From NCBI RefSeq assembly GCF_026571515.1, contig NW_026864022.1, positions 124,001 to 188,000 on the forward strand: a DNA stretch of 64,000 nucleotides. Reading direction: 5' to 3'. The notes under the pieces are model-generated. The model ran no database searches, was not told where the DNA came from, and saw nothing but the letters and a program-made list of their open reading frames with translations. The DNA is from Ruditapes philippinarum. Taxonomy: Eukaryota. This document shows, piece after piece, positions 24,601-36,017 of this stretch. A program made the position numbers and the translations under genes. Positions within the stretch are counted from its first letter, which is position 1. Every line of letters starts with the position of its first letter.

Positions 24601-27422
24601 TGTCTATCAAGTTTGTTTTTATAAAAGCCCTGGGGTCAAAATTGGCCCCGCCCCGGGGGTCATTCATTTTCCTTATATGTGTATAACAAAAACTTTAAAA
24701 AATCTTCTTTGAAAAAACTCAAATAGCTAGAGTTTAGATATTAAACACGAAGCATCTTCTAGTGAGTGTCTACAAAGTTTGATCAAATAAAAGCCCTGGG
24801 ATCAAAATTGGCCCCGCCCCGGGGGACATTGATTTTTCTTATATGTGTATAGCAAAAACTTATAAAATCTTCTTTGAAAAACCCGAATAGCTAGAGTTTA
24901 GATATTAAGCATGCAACATTTTCTAGTAAGTTTCTACAAAGATTGTTCAAATAAAAGCCCTTGGGTCAAAACTGGCCCTGCCCCAGGTGTGTCATTGTTT
25001 TTAACTATATGTGTACAGAAAAAAACTTGACCAGCTGGACCTTAGATGTTTAGCATGAAACATCTTCTAATGGGTGTCTACCAAGTTTGTTCAAATAAAA
25101 GCCCTGGGGTTTAAACTGGCCCCGCTCCAGCGGCCTATATACAGGTGAGCCACTTCAGGGCCATCATGGCCCTCTTGTTTACTTAGTCTCTTGGTTAATG
25201 TTTACATGTAAGTTTTACATATCTCAATAACTATCAGAGATTATGATTTGAAACCTCACATATGCATGAAAGGTCATAATTGTATGTCACTGACCAAGTT
25301 CAATAACTGTATCTTGCATTTAGACTGATTTATCTCCCCTTTTCTACTTAGTCTCTTGGTTAATGTTTACATGCAAGTTTTACATATCTCAATAACTATT
25401 TAAAAATATTAATTTAAAACTTCAAATATGCATTTAGGGTCATAATTATAGGTCACTGACCAAGATCCATAATTCTATCTTGCATTTAGGCTGGTTTTTC
25501 TCCCCTTTTTCAACTTAGAAATTCATGGTAAAGATTTTGCTTGTAAGCTGTTATCTCCATAACTACTGAAGGGTTTGTGCCTTTTTGGGGACAATTTTAT
25601 GTATTCATAATAATAAAGCAGTGATTTACTTGATAAAACATCTTAATAACAAGCCTTTATACCTTTTCGGACAATTTTATGTATTCATAGACAAGCATTA
25701 TTATACTCAATAAAACACCCTTGTGACAAATTTTTCGAATAGTCGAGTCTTACTGTCCTCCGACAGTTCTTATTCACAATATGCTTATGGGGTAAAAGGT
25801 TATAGGACACCAAAAAATAAAACACTTATGAAAAATTAAGATACAAGCATTTCTGAGGCATAATGAACCTTTAATAGTTGATTGGTGCCCAACAAAAAGA
25901 AATATTGATTTTTCTTGATCATCTCTCATATTCATTTGACTTAAAACCTAACGTAAATTGATGAGATATACAATAAATAGAATTGGAAAAAAATATGATT
26001 TTGATTTTTATTGCAGATTGGTATCGAAGTTCAATCACTCACATACAGTCAGAGATATACGGCAACATATCACCTCGTATCCTTTTATCATTATTATAAA
26101 CTTCTTTACAACATGGGTGAAAGTTTTCAGGATTATTCCTGAAGTTCAGGATTCTCAGTCTCCTAAAAGCCTTCTATTTCCTATGTAAAACTATAGAAAA
26201 ACTGCTAAATTCAGGATTTTCAGGATTTTTAAAATTTCCAACTTTCACCCATTGTAATACAATAATATTTTACTCCAAATGTTCATATTTACATATCTAG
26301 TTATACCTATGTGAAAAATTACTGTTATCTTCATCTGCCCACTTAGCTCAGTAGGGAGAGTATCGGATTAGTAATCGCTGGGTTGCTGCCTTGCTGGATT
26401 GAGCCATGGGCAAGAGGAAATTACTGGTTCTCTGTTACATTTGAGCCGCGTCACGACAAAACCAGCGTAATGCGTACGCGCAGTCTGATCAGGATCCATG
26501 CTGTTCACTGTCAGTTTCTCTACTTGTAATAAGGTTTGTAAGCGAACAGCATGGATCCTGATCAGACTGCGCAGATGCGCAGGCTGGTCTGGATCCATGC
26601 TGGTCGTAAACGCACTATGTTTGTTTTGTCGTGACGCGGCTCATTTGATCTTGGACATAATCACATTTTAATCACAAAGTTATTTGTCTATCACCACTGA
26701 TTTAGAAATCAAGTGGGATTTATAACATTAATTTAAATGATTTTACTTTTAAATTCAATAATAAAAAATGGGATATTAAAATTTGGTGGGACAGACTATA
26801 GTAGTCAGTCAACTGAGATGAAATTGGTAATTACTGGTTAGTTATCCAGGAATGCCAGTTAGGTGGATCACTACAGAGATATTTCAAATTGGTATTGGTA
26901 TAAAAACAAGAAAAACAAACATATTAGTTATATTGTAATACTTTGTTTGTTTGTTTCATTTCAAGCCTTTTCCCAACAGTATTTCAGTCATATAGGCGGG
27001 TAGTTTCCTAACCATCGTTCCTGGAGAGTTACACCAGTACTAGACAACCTTCCTCCGCTATATTGTAATACATGATATGTGAAAAAAAATCATGCAAAAA
27101 TGAGATTCATCAAAAGCAAAAAAAATAAAAATGAATATGTGAAAATTGTAGTTTTGATTTATTTGTAGTTTTTTTTAACAGACAAGGGCATCGTGTCTCC
27201 GGTTTTCCGAGCAAGGGCCAGGTCGGGGATCAAGCACTCTATGGAATGGTCTGAGTAGAGACAATTAAAAACCTTAACTTCATTCCTAGATCCCGTCCAC
27301 AGTATGAAGGTGCGAACTTCATACTACAAACAACGTTTCCAAACCGTGAGCTTACCAATACTTCAGAGACTATAGAACAAGCTAAACTCCAGAATGCCGT
27401 CGTAGTACAGAGGTTAACGTGA
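9668..27422 (+). CDS. NSFL1C: NSFL1 cofactor p47 (UBA-SEP-SHP-UBX p97 adaptor), 383 aa
   Basis: Exons 9668-9775, 10944-11104, 11533-11622, 12773-12844, 13489-13636, 14361-14470, 15277-15414, 16233-16364, 26017-26076, 27290-27422 (1152 nt, phases consistent). Motifs [13 protein letters not shown] (UBA), [41 protein letters not shown] (SEP), [10 protein letters not shown] (SHP), [10 protein letters not shown]...FNHSHT...TTFPNREL (UBX). Confidence 0.96.
11642..11877. mobile_element. Palindromic MITE family A, copy 2
   Basis: Same TIRs; identical ATTT flanks (4-bp TSD). Confidence 0.9.
11875..12500. repeat. Local direct duplication of a ~190-bp interspersed-repeat fragment (11875-12070 and 12298-12500)
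   Basis: Both copies read GGTCTTTATTTAACCTTCAACAT...GGACTTGTCT...CCTTCAACCTTGGACAA...GAATAGC...GCAGAC..TGATCAGAT; a related fragment lies at ~46480-46610. Confidence 0.75.
13225..13408 (-). mobile_element. tRNA-derived SINE fragment
   Basis: Reverse complement of the 7725 SINE head and core (GTAGAACCACC, CCTCACATGAAAGA, GGGGCAAGTGG). Confidence 0.7.
14098..14332. mobile_element. Palindromic MITE family A, copy 3
   Basis: Same TIRs and internal GGATCC-rich palindrome; flanks ATAT / AATT. Confidence 0.9.
17299..19398 (-). CDS. cGAS-like receptor (Mab-21 nucleotidyltransferase with C-terminal helical/TPR-like region), 699 aa, nested antisense in NSFL1C intron 8
   Basis: Uninterrupted 2.1-kb ORF with an in-frame stop upstream at 19432-19434. 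NTase motif HLGS(60-61)...DCD(74-76), [12 protein letters not shown]...W..R...[40 protein letters not shown]; C-terminal [13 protein letters not shown]...ALNYYLLSL resembles a TPR. Confidence 0.9.
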   Translation of the reverse strand: MFQEADFKENLSLALSEVLDDIGVNERLVMRRRRQDMLRETMGKIQCKVTVSNITVYHLGSQIEGTTTIGLSSDCDFLVCDHDYNIMQDWSEWKHGKKNYLMIQDENTTPGYCFLQLLQPCVPLPVTVIPNENHIIDRSGRVLFKNTTFNGFIPGAVDHGPSNAIYAGPGFCDTDNVKALPCKGWPQSASGWLERQGISRWPTQDMRRYAASTGCFVVPTESKVSEYPELEWRISTSLAERKLMFDLNITQIRCYVLLKMILKSFLNPQGEINISSFMCKTVLLHCIENTESSIWKENNLFICLTYCLLELYSCVQNDRCSHFIIGENNLMAGQFTAEKKHELSKNISDFLQNDRQMLLRIDIDDLGLRLQVKLNIVRHGAYYYQSSLAIHENYMTNEYLNTANCVSRHHKLVLEYLHTKNVRTMKHCIGKLNTFNVNGNRLEQAAFKFLAPCVFTTYGSILASFSIGENNQVSPEALVWLSADISSSRLKLASVFYSKGDMEKAELILRRTEQQFYSYPVLHICACWDTPLPAVTAVTAEFKRVCGEQSEDCIKHITAFCVRFIQKEINCIPHELQYEMFRSPQDDMIHREENVVHWMDWAVVDSLPFLYFLQYKIYSHLQRHQDQQQALSKLIRTIETVENLKHRETALNILGQCMEQDKRPQQALNYYLLSLQHRARNNVAIIHICKLLSGLLAAQ
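20747..20974 (-). other. Candidate non-coding 5' exon of the nested cGAS-like gene
   Basis: Higher-GC island bounded by TTTTACAG (acceptor) and GTATGT (donor) on the - strand; an acceptor ATTTCAG at 19548 precedes the ORF. The island has no long ORF. Confidence 0.4.
21086..22210 (+). mobile_element. HINE-like element (CCCCTACCGG family), decayed copy
   Basis: 5' inverted repeat CCCCTACTGGTTTAACTGGAGGGG, (TCTG)n microsatellite and internal repeats; homologous to 31157-32153. Confidence 0.75.
22600..23068 (+). mobile_element. HINE-like fragment with about 3 copies of a ~145-bp repeat
   Basis: CCGTC microsatellite followed by units starting GGAGCATAACTTAAGTTCC at 22677, 22821 and 22967. Confidence 0.7.
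23801..25178 (+). mobile_element. Complete HINE-like (Helentron-associated) element with a ~165-bp satellite array
   Basis: 5' TAGCTCACCTGTCAC...GGTGAGC inverted repeat, CCGT microsatellite, ~6.5 tandem units (AGCTAGAG at ~24061, 24226, 24391, 24557, 24723, 24887), 3' CAGGTGAGC plus hairpin AGGGCCATCATGGCCCT-CTTGTT; inserted in a T run. Confidence 0.88.
26077..27289 (+). other. U12-type (minor spliceosome) GT-AG intron of NSFL1C
   Basis: 5' splice site GTATCCTTT at 26077; branch site CCTTAAC at 27272-27278, 11 nt before the intron end (AG at 27288-27289); splicing here keeps the UBX frame. Confidence 0.9.
26443..26642. mobile_element. Palindromic MITE family A, copy 4, inserted in a tRNA-SINE remnant that starts at ~26337
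   Basis: Same TIRs with ATTT TSD; upstream TTAGCTCAGTAGGGAGAG tRNA-like head. Confidence 0.88.
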
Positions 27423-30016
27423 GGCACTTGTAGAATGTTGTGTTCAAGATATTACGCTGTTAGTTCTATCTTTTCTACCTGAATAATCACACTTTCATGA
27501 AGGAGTAATAAAATAAAACAAACACACCAGTTATTCTGTATGCAAAATTGAAATCAGTACCTTACGTGTATAGAAATTGACAGTATTTACAGATTTTACT
27601 CAATAAATGCATTGATATTGCTGAAAGAAGTACAATTTATATTTATTAAAAATAATTTAGGATATAGATGTTACGTTTTGAGTACAATGTCTTATAATTT
27701 TGATTCAGTTCAGTTATTTTGCAAAGTGATTGTATTTAGGTTGCATGCCTACTGGTCTGGGACCATCAATCGGACACTTCTTGAACATTGTTCCCGACAA
27801 ATTTCATAATTTCAAACCTAGAGACCTGAAAATTTGAGACAGTACAGCTAAGTTCTTCTCCTAACTAACAAAATAGTTTGTTTATTTCTGTTAATTTTGA
27901 CAATGACATCTGAGGCTCGTCAAGGAGGGTATCAAAATTACCTAAATTGTCTACACTTCAGTACCATGTGTCCGGACAGATATGTACATGTGATGATTTA
28001 ATTCAGATAAAATGTTTGGGTGTTTTAATTTTTTATTTTTAATATGAAATACAATATTTCAGCAGCAAATGCTGAAGTTTTGGATATTAAATTGTTTACT
28101 CTGTAAATGATTATAGCTGGCATATGAGGTCAAGTATTGCACTCTTGATGCCCAAGTTTCCAACGTCAACATTCTTGAAATAGAAATTAAAATATTACCG
28201 TTTACAGAAATTAATGAATTTAATTAATTATAGAAGAAACATGTATGTTGATAAAAAAGTGACTGAAATATTGAATACCACTGAACAAAGAAAAACACTA
28301 AATAAAGCATTTTCTGGGCCGTCCGGGTTTGGTGGTTGTCCAGTTTTGGTGGTCCTCGACCAGTACAGATTTGTTTAATATTGTATTGACAACTTTAAAA
28401 GGGTTTGAATAAGTCTAACATGAAGTCTAATGTATAAATAATGTGATTAACCCAACAAGTGAATTGTCAAAATATGCAAATATTTCTCTTGCTTTGTTAA
28501 TTAGTTGAAATTTTGATGATGAAGAAAATAGTAAATTCTGTTATATTTTGCATAATATATGAAAAAAAGTTACACCTGGATTGTTAATATTTATGCATTT
28601 TTAGCTTGACTATTTGAAGTATAGGGAGAGTTATTGTACTCAACCTGGCGTCAGTGCTGGTTTTGGCATCACCCCTTTGGTAATGTTTTTGCATGCATGT
28701 TGGTATCTCAGAAACTTAACTAAAGGAATGTAACTTCACATGCTTCTTTCAGAGCATAATTCTAACATGGATTTTGACTGGACCACGGTCCTGTTTTGAA
28801 AATTCTAAATAATCCATGCTGTTGTTTTAGTATTTAACAAACTGAGAATATAGTCAAGCAAGCTCTCTTTTGTTGGAGATTTATGTCATTCATATGGAAG
28901 CTTGTCACTTTAATAAGGAACTTATTGGAAATATGTTAATTTAATTTATAATTAAGAATTCTATTCATTATCTATTGAGCTGGGGATATGATCAAAATGC
29001 TATGTTTGAATATTTCAGTCTATGCAGGAGCTTAAATTATTCAGAGAATCATTATTTTTATTATTTCAGTCACATAGATCTTTAGAAATTACACTGACAT
29101 GCCATTAATATTGTATTGGCATTAGTGTGAAAACATTCCTTCATTTGAGTCAAACAGATTTTTGTGGAAATAAAAATTATATGATATGTATACTACATAC
29201 CACTTTTCTTTAAATTATTTCATACTGCTAAGGTACTTCATTTATTGTTCACGTTTATTGAAAGATTTGTTTTAGTTTTTGTCTTTCATATTGAAAGAAA
29301 ACACCAGGTTTTAAGTCTAATATGAAAATTATTTATATGCACAAGGTTGCTGATTCTGTTTTTTGCAAAAGATGTTGATAATAATTTAAATTTTACACAC
29401 AGCTATCTTAGAAAAATTGAAATCAGTGATTTTTCACCTTTCTCAGAGGCTTATAAAAGCCCTCTTCCCAATTGAAATGTTTCTTTAAAGTCATGCAGTT
29501 TCTCCCAAAAATCTGAACTTACACCAGCTTTATTATTTCCCAAAAAAGCAATTTTAGCAAAACTTAGTCAGGCTAATGCCTCGTCCCAATTGAATTAGAA
29601 AAAAAAACTGAAAAAAATTCCTCAAATATTTTTTAATATTCTTCTCAATTATAGAATCTTGTCACCTTAGTGCAATAACTGGTTAACTTCTCTTGAATTT
29701 AGAAGGATTTAACCCGTTACTGCACTAATGTGACAATTATAATTATGTTCAAAGGCCTAGTTTCCTTTAGTACATATTATATAGGATAGGGCCAATATGT
29801 ATAGATCTGAAATATCTAGAATAAAATCAACCAAGATATCCCAAAATAAATTCATAGTCTATTGTATATATCAAAATGCACAAGTGCTTTTCTGTATTTA
29901 CACAGTTTGTCTGGTGTGTTATAGTAGTTGGATTAAGTAACCTTGCAACTCCTGAAAATATTTCAAAGGCTTGTTACACATTCTGCTAGGCTTACATATA
30001 ACTTTAATCTTTAAAT

Positions 30017-30249
30017 GAGCCGTGTCACGACAAAACCAACATAATGGGTTTGCGACCAGCATGGATCCAGACCAGCCTGCGCATCCGCGCAGTATGATCA
30101 GGATCCATGCTGTTCCCTATCAGTTTCTTTACTTGTTATAGGGTCTGTAAGCAAACAGCATGAATCCTGATCAGACTGCGCGGACGCGCAGGCTGGTCTG
30201 GATCCATGCTGGTTGCAAACATTATGTTGGTTTTGTCGTGACACGGCTC
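30017..30249. mobile_element. Palindromic MITE family A, copy 5
   Basis: Same TIRs; AAAT TSD. Confidence 0.9.
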
Positions 30250-31156
30250 AAATGCTCATTATGCCTCCGAAATGAATAAAATTTTACTTTTTTTTAAGAA
30301 ATGGCTAACATGAATTTTTTAACATTTAAATAATGGTTTTAAAGACTCTGAGATGCTTGTTACTTGAAGAAAGTAGTGATAAACAAGAATTTATTTGTCA
30401 TAAAACTAGCAAAATGTAAACAATGTACTATTTTGACCTTCTATACAAAATACTAAATCTTTTTAACTGTACTAATTGCCAAGAAGCAACAGAAAGAAAA
30501 ATGTTCAGGTAATTGACTAATGAGTAACTTTTGGTTTTGGAAATTATAAAAGTACACCAAGAATAAAAAGTGTTTGAAAATTAAGATTAAAAGCATTTCT
30601 TGGGCATAATGGGCCTTTAATCATAAATACAGTGTATGTAGTATTAACATAGGGTCTACACTATCATTGGTGTTTATTTTGTTTTTATTTTGTATGACAT
30701 AAGAGCATTAGACTATACATTACTGTTTTTTGGGGGTTTTTAATTTTATAACCTGGGTTCTGCATCAAGATGGGTAAGCATGACATAATGTGACTGTGAT
30801 TTAAATAATTTGTTTAGCTCAAGTCTGTACTATTGACATAACTCTTCATTTGAAACAATGATTTTCAGAGATATAAATTATGCATATTTGTTTTTGGGTG
30901 AAAAAAGTCATTAAAATTGTGTGTTGAAGGTTCACTTATTTTTTAAAAAAATGTACACATTATGTATAGATGCTTTTCATATAGCATTTTCAACCCTCCT
31001 TGGCTGCCATTTTGAGGGTCATTTCCATATCGCATACCATATCTTCATGAAAACTGGTAAAAATCTTTTACATATTGGTACTGTAATAATATTTTGCTGC
31101 ATATGTAAAAATAATGATTTGATAATTCACTTAAATCAGCTGTTTATATTTATTAT

Positions 31157-32153
31157 TAGTCCCCTACCGGTTTAACCGGAGGGGACTTTAGGTTTACCCT
31201 CCGTCCGTCTGTCTGTCCGTCTGTCTGTCAGTCCGTCCGTCCACAAAACTGGATCCCGCGATAACGCAAAAAGTACTGAAAATGTTTTTATGAAACTTGA
31301 TATATGGATAGATGGCAGTATGGAGATTATGCATGTCTTTTTTTTTTCTTCCTATGTTGAAAATTCTAGTTGCTATGGCAACAAATAGTCTGAAAATATG
31401 GCAGATTTAACACATAAACTGGATCCAGTGATAACTCAAAAAGTACTGAAAATATTCTTATGAAACTTGAAATATGGGTAGATGGCTATGGCAACAAATA
31501 GCCTGAATTTCAAGATTTCTGATTTAAATTTTTCAGCTTTTTCACTATATGTTCTTTATTTCTTAAGGTGTTTACTTCAAACTTTAAATATAAGTTTCTG
31601 GTCATCAACCACATCATATGTGACAAGGTTTATAACTCTAGCACAAAAAATATCAGTATTACCTCCCTTGAACTTAGATTTTTTAGGGGAAAAAATGTTG
31701 TCTTTTTTAAATAACTTCTTTATTTCCTAATGTATCTACTTCAAACTTCATATATATGTTTCTTATTATCACTCGACATTTTTGAGAAGGTTAAATACTC
31801 TAGCAAGACTATTTCCAGAATTATGTCCCCCTTGAACTTAGATTTTTTTCGAGAAACTGGTATTTTCACTCCAACTTCTTCATTCCTTATAGGATTTACT
31901 TTAAAATCCCACATCGTAATAATATGACAAGGTTGTATAAACATAATTTCCTTACTAAGCATGGAAACTTAACACATTACTGTGATATAGACAAACTTAT
32001 TTTATTATGTTTTGTGGTTGATATTTTCAAATACAGACTTCATCCTCAAATTCATTATAAATGGCAATACACAGGAGTGTATGACAATTAAAGAACTTTT
32101 TGAGGGACCGGTAGGGGACTACTGTATTGCCCGCAATACTATCAAATGCTTGT
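31157..32153 (+). mobile_element. Complete HINE-like element (CCCCTACCGG family)
   Basis: 5' AGTCCCCTACCGGTTTAACCGGAGGGGACT, (CCGT/CTGT)n microsatellite, 3' CCGGTAGGGGACT plus hairpin GTATTGCCCGCAATAC, end GCTTGTT. Confidence 0.85.
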
Positions 32154-32543
32154 TTTTCATATTTTGTCAATTATATGATATAAGAAATACTGACCCCCAA
32201 AATGGCTGCCACTTTTGGCAAGGGAGGTAAATATTGTAAAAATTGGGAACTATCTAGACCCTTTAACTGCTGGAGCTGACAGTGATATAGCCTTTGCCAC
32301 CAGTATAGAGCCAGGCCAGCCTGTATTATGTATAGAGCCAGGCCAGCCTGTATATGATTGTCTGTGTAGTGTAGCCTGATAAGGCTTTATACTGTTTGGT
32401 AGGTCAATTTTAGTGTGCATTTTGATATTGAAATCCCTTACACTTCACTAAAACTTGGCACTGTTCCAAATTCAAAGCCGGGCTAGTTCATTACACAAAT
32501 TCAGCGGGATTAAGGTTAAAGAAATATTATAAAAATAATAATT

Positions 32544-32740
32544 GAGCCGGGTCACGATAAAACCAACATAGTGCCAGCCTGTGCATCCGCGCAGTCTGAT
32601 CAGGATTCATGCTGTTTTCGCTGTCAGTTTCTCTACTTGTAATAGAGTTGGTAAGCGAACAGCATGGATCCTGATCAGACTGCGCAGATGTGCAGGCTGG
32701 TCTGGATCCATGCTGGTCACAAACGCACTATGTTGGTTTT
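32544..32740. mobile_element. Palindromic MITE family A, copy 6 (right end truncated)
   Basis: Left TIR and internal palindrome present. Confidence 0.85.
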
Positions 32741-33764
32741 ATGTTTATGTACTTTAAGAACCAAACAAACTATACTTGGTGTTATACAGGGTTCATTGTG
32801 ATATTTTTAATATGAGGAATTATAAGAACAAAAATTGAGACTGTGTGTTTTGTGCATTTTAACAAGTGCTACTTTTCAATATGAATAAATATCATCTGAA
32901 TGTGCTAACAATGAATATTATATGTAAATTGCATTGTTACAATGTACAATGTTATTTATTGATTTTTTTTTTCAATATTAAAACTATTGAAAGCATTTAG
33001 TGTTGTTCTCTCTTAAATATTTATGCTTCATTTAGCCTGCTAGCTGCAAGCAGTGAGGTTTTCTTTTTCAATTTTTAAAACAACCTGTGGCTTTCTGAAG
33101 GAGAAGATACTGCACAAATAATAAGAAAAAGAGAAAAACCGTACATAAAATTCCAACATCAACTAGCTGGAATGTTAGCTACTATTAAGACAATGTTCTG
33201 ATGAAGAATGTGCACAGTGCTTTTCAGGGGAATAAATAGCATTTTTAGAAGGAAATATACCTATTGTGAGCAAGGAGAAACAGCCTCTATTCGGCTGTAA
33301 AAAAATAGATGAAAAAATCCTTGGCAAGTGAATATACCCATGTCACTAGTGCAGACCAATCATTGTATGCGCTGTTCGCTATACAGTCAGTACAAATTTT
33401 GAAAATTTTCCAAACAAATGATGACTGGTTTTGTCCAATTGAGAAAAATTGACCATTTCATATTTTTGGCTTTGTAAAATTAAGATAAGATAAAAGTTAC
33501 TTGCTATACATGTATTATAAATGTATACATTTAAGAAGGTACTGGTAATTGAACCAATTTTTATGTCTTTCATATGTTAAAGAATAAGTAGCAAAAATTA
33601 TAAGAATATTCATTTGAGAAGCACAGATCTGCAAATTTTTAGGAAATCGAATACATGTACGTAAAAAGTTGGTATACGGTAAAGAGCATTTGCTTCTGCT
33701 TCATTCGCTCTTAAGAATTAATGCACATATAATTATTTCTTACATACGTGTATTTTGGAAAAAA

Positions 33765-33932
33765 AATCTGGAAACAAAGTGATCCCTCGGAAGCATTAAT
33801 CACAACAAAATTACAAGAGAATTGCAGACTCGGTTTGATTGAGTCTGTACATGAGGGATAATGAATAAGTGCAACATCCCTCACGCCCCCTAGCACCGGC
33901 TTGAACGGTACTCCAAGAGCAGTCGTGGAAGT
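33765..33932. repeat. Interspersed repeat with inverted copies at ~55540-55710, ~56945-57020 and ~36420-36470
   Basis: Shared blocks GATCCCTCGGAAGCATTAATCAC and CTAGCACCGGCTTGAACGGTACTC. Confidence 0.7.
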
Positions 33933-36017
33933 ACCCTTTTTCAAAATTAAAAAAAAATCTTTGCAGCAGATATAGATAGCTTTATACACTTTATTAAAAG
34001 TCCCTAGCATATGTAATTTATAAATCTAACACGACTGCAATATTCCGTATTGAACATAGAGAAAGTGTGTTAAAGTTATATGTTAGACATTGTAACGTAA
34101 CCATTGAAAATGCAACGCGCTTAAAATAAATATTTGTGGATATGTTAGAATCGAAACAATATATACCAATCATAACTGTTTGTCGCCTCGCATCCGAACT
34201 AAGCTATATAATCACTGTTGGGGGAATATATCATTATTAGAGGCCGATATTTTTTCAATCTGTGTGATGCTGGTCTCCAAAGAAACTTGAGAGTAAGTCA
34301 ATCATTAAACAATATCATAATTCAGTTTATTAACTGATATACAAGAACCTGTTGTGTGTCTTCCAAATTTTTCAAAAGCCCCATGGCAGGTTAGATGACG
34401 GTGAAATACCCATTAGATATAAATTTCAGTTTCCTTATAATGATGATATTCCAAAATATTTTTTTCAAATCCATTTTTAATTTCTTCTGACTATGTTTTT
34501 ATACCATTAAACATAATAGCTGTTGATGAACAGAATAGCAAATTATAAAACCTACTTTAATTACTGAATATGTTTTTTTTTTTTTTTTTGAATTCTACGT
34601 GGCAGTCCAACACTGTTAAAGGTCATATGACGACTGTCGAGCGAAAAGACCTCATGTGTCCCTCCGTGTTTTATATATCCGACAAGAGCGGTCACCGTAG
34701 TAGACTTCACGTAAGCTAGCTGGGGAATAGACATAAACACATACAATCTTATCACATATATTAACAGGCATATATATAAAAACAAACACATAAATGCAAC
34801 AAAAATATTTACAAGATTAATTTATGAGTATGTTCTATGTTATCCTAGGATTGCCCATTAAGCTAAAAGCTAATTTCCAATGGGGTCCATTTATTGTAAA
34901 ATTATCACACTAACTTGCATAATAATAAATGAATTACAAAGAAGTTAAAATAATTGACAATTTTTGAAAAATTGTTCAAGAATCAAAGCACATTTTTCAA
35001 TATACACAATGTAATAAGGCCAGTACTTATAGCTTCCTAACATGAAAAAAATCCAAGTCCGAAATCGAAATAAAGCTATGAGATGCAAGTAATAATTCAA
35101 CATCTTCAATACTCGGCCACGATCTCCCCTCTTACTGAATTTAATACAAGATGAATTAGACCGGAACCTATAGAAGTGACATTTGCTTTTTGATAACAAA
35201 GATGAACTAAAAATGTATTTGACGAATTGGAACGAATTGGTATCGTTGAAGGAAGAATAAAAGTTATAATTTTAAAGAAAAAAATATGAATTATAAATCT
35301 GGAATTGAAAATTTTGCAGGAAAGCTTTTAATTTGTTTTCAGGTATGACAGGTCATATAAAATATATAGAGTACTTGAAACCGCTGGAAATAAAATAATT
35401 AAAAAAAATATTAGAAATCACATGGATCTACGTACAATACTTAAACCGAAAATTCAACTGATCTTTTACTAATATCCGGTAATTTCACTTTGTGTAACGG
35501 TGTTTTTATTAATATAAAACAATGAGATTGAATAATGTAATTTGTTATTTGCATGGCATTTGAGAAAATCGCTTAATATTCAGTTATAACACTTTCGACA
35601 TTTTGCTGATTTTTTTATCCACTTTCATTAGTTCCATCCCTATTACACGACTAAATGTGAAACATGTAATGAGTAGCTTAATATGGACTTTATGTCTTCA
35701 TTGGCACAATTGTTCATGTTTTATTTATTAATTATTGAATTAATATTTTCATGCATTGCTCTATTGAAAATTAGCATTTTTCCCTCGATAATTCCCCGGG
35801 TACGTCACATCCGGTAAGGAAAGTACATGTATTTCACGATTAGAATAGTGCTTGCTTTGCTTTGTTCACATCCACAATACGAGATTTTTCGTTTTTAAAT
35901 ATTTTATCATTTATTGTTATATATTAACAAATAAGTCAGATTATCATTGAATTTTATTAGCGGACCTTTTTTAAGTGATTGTTGATTGAATTTACGTTTA
36001 TGATAAAGACTTTTAAA

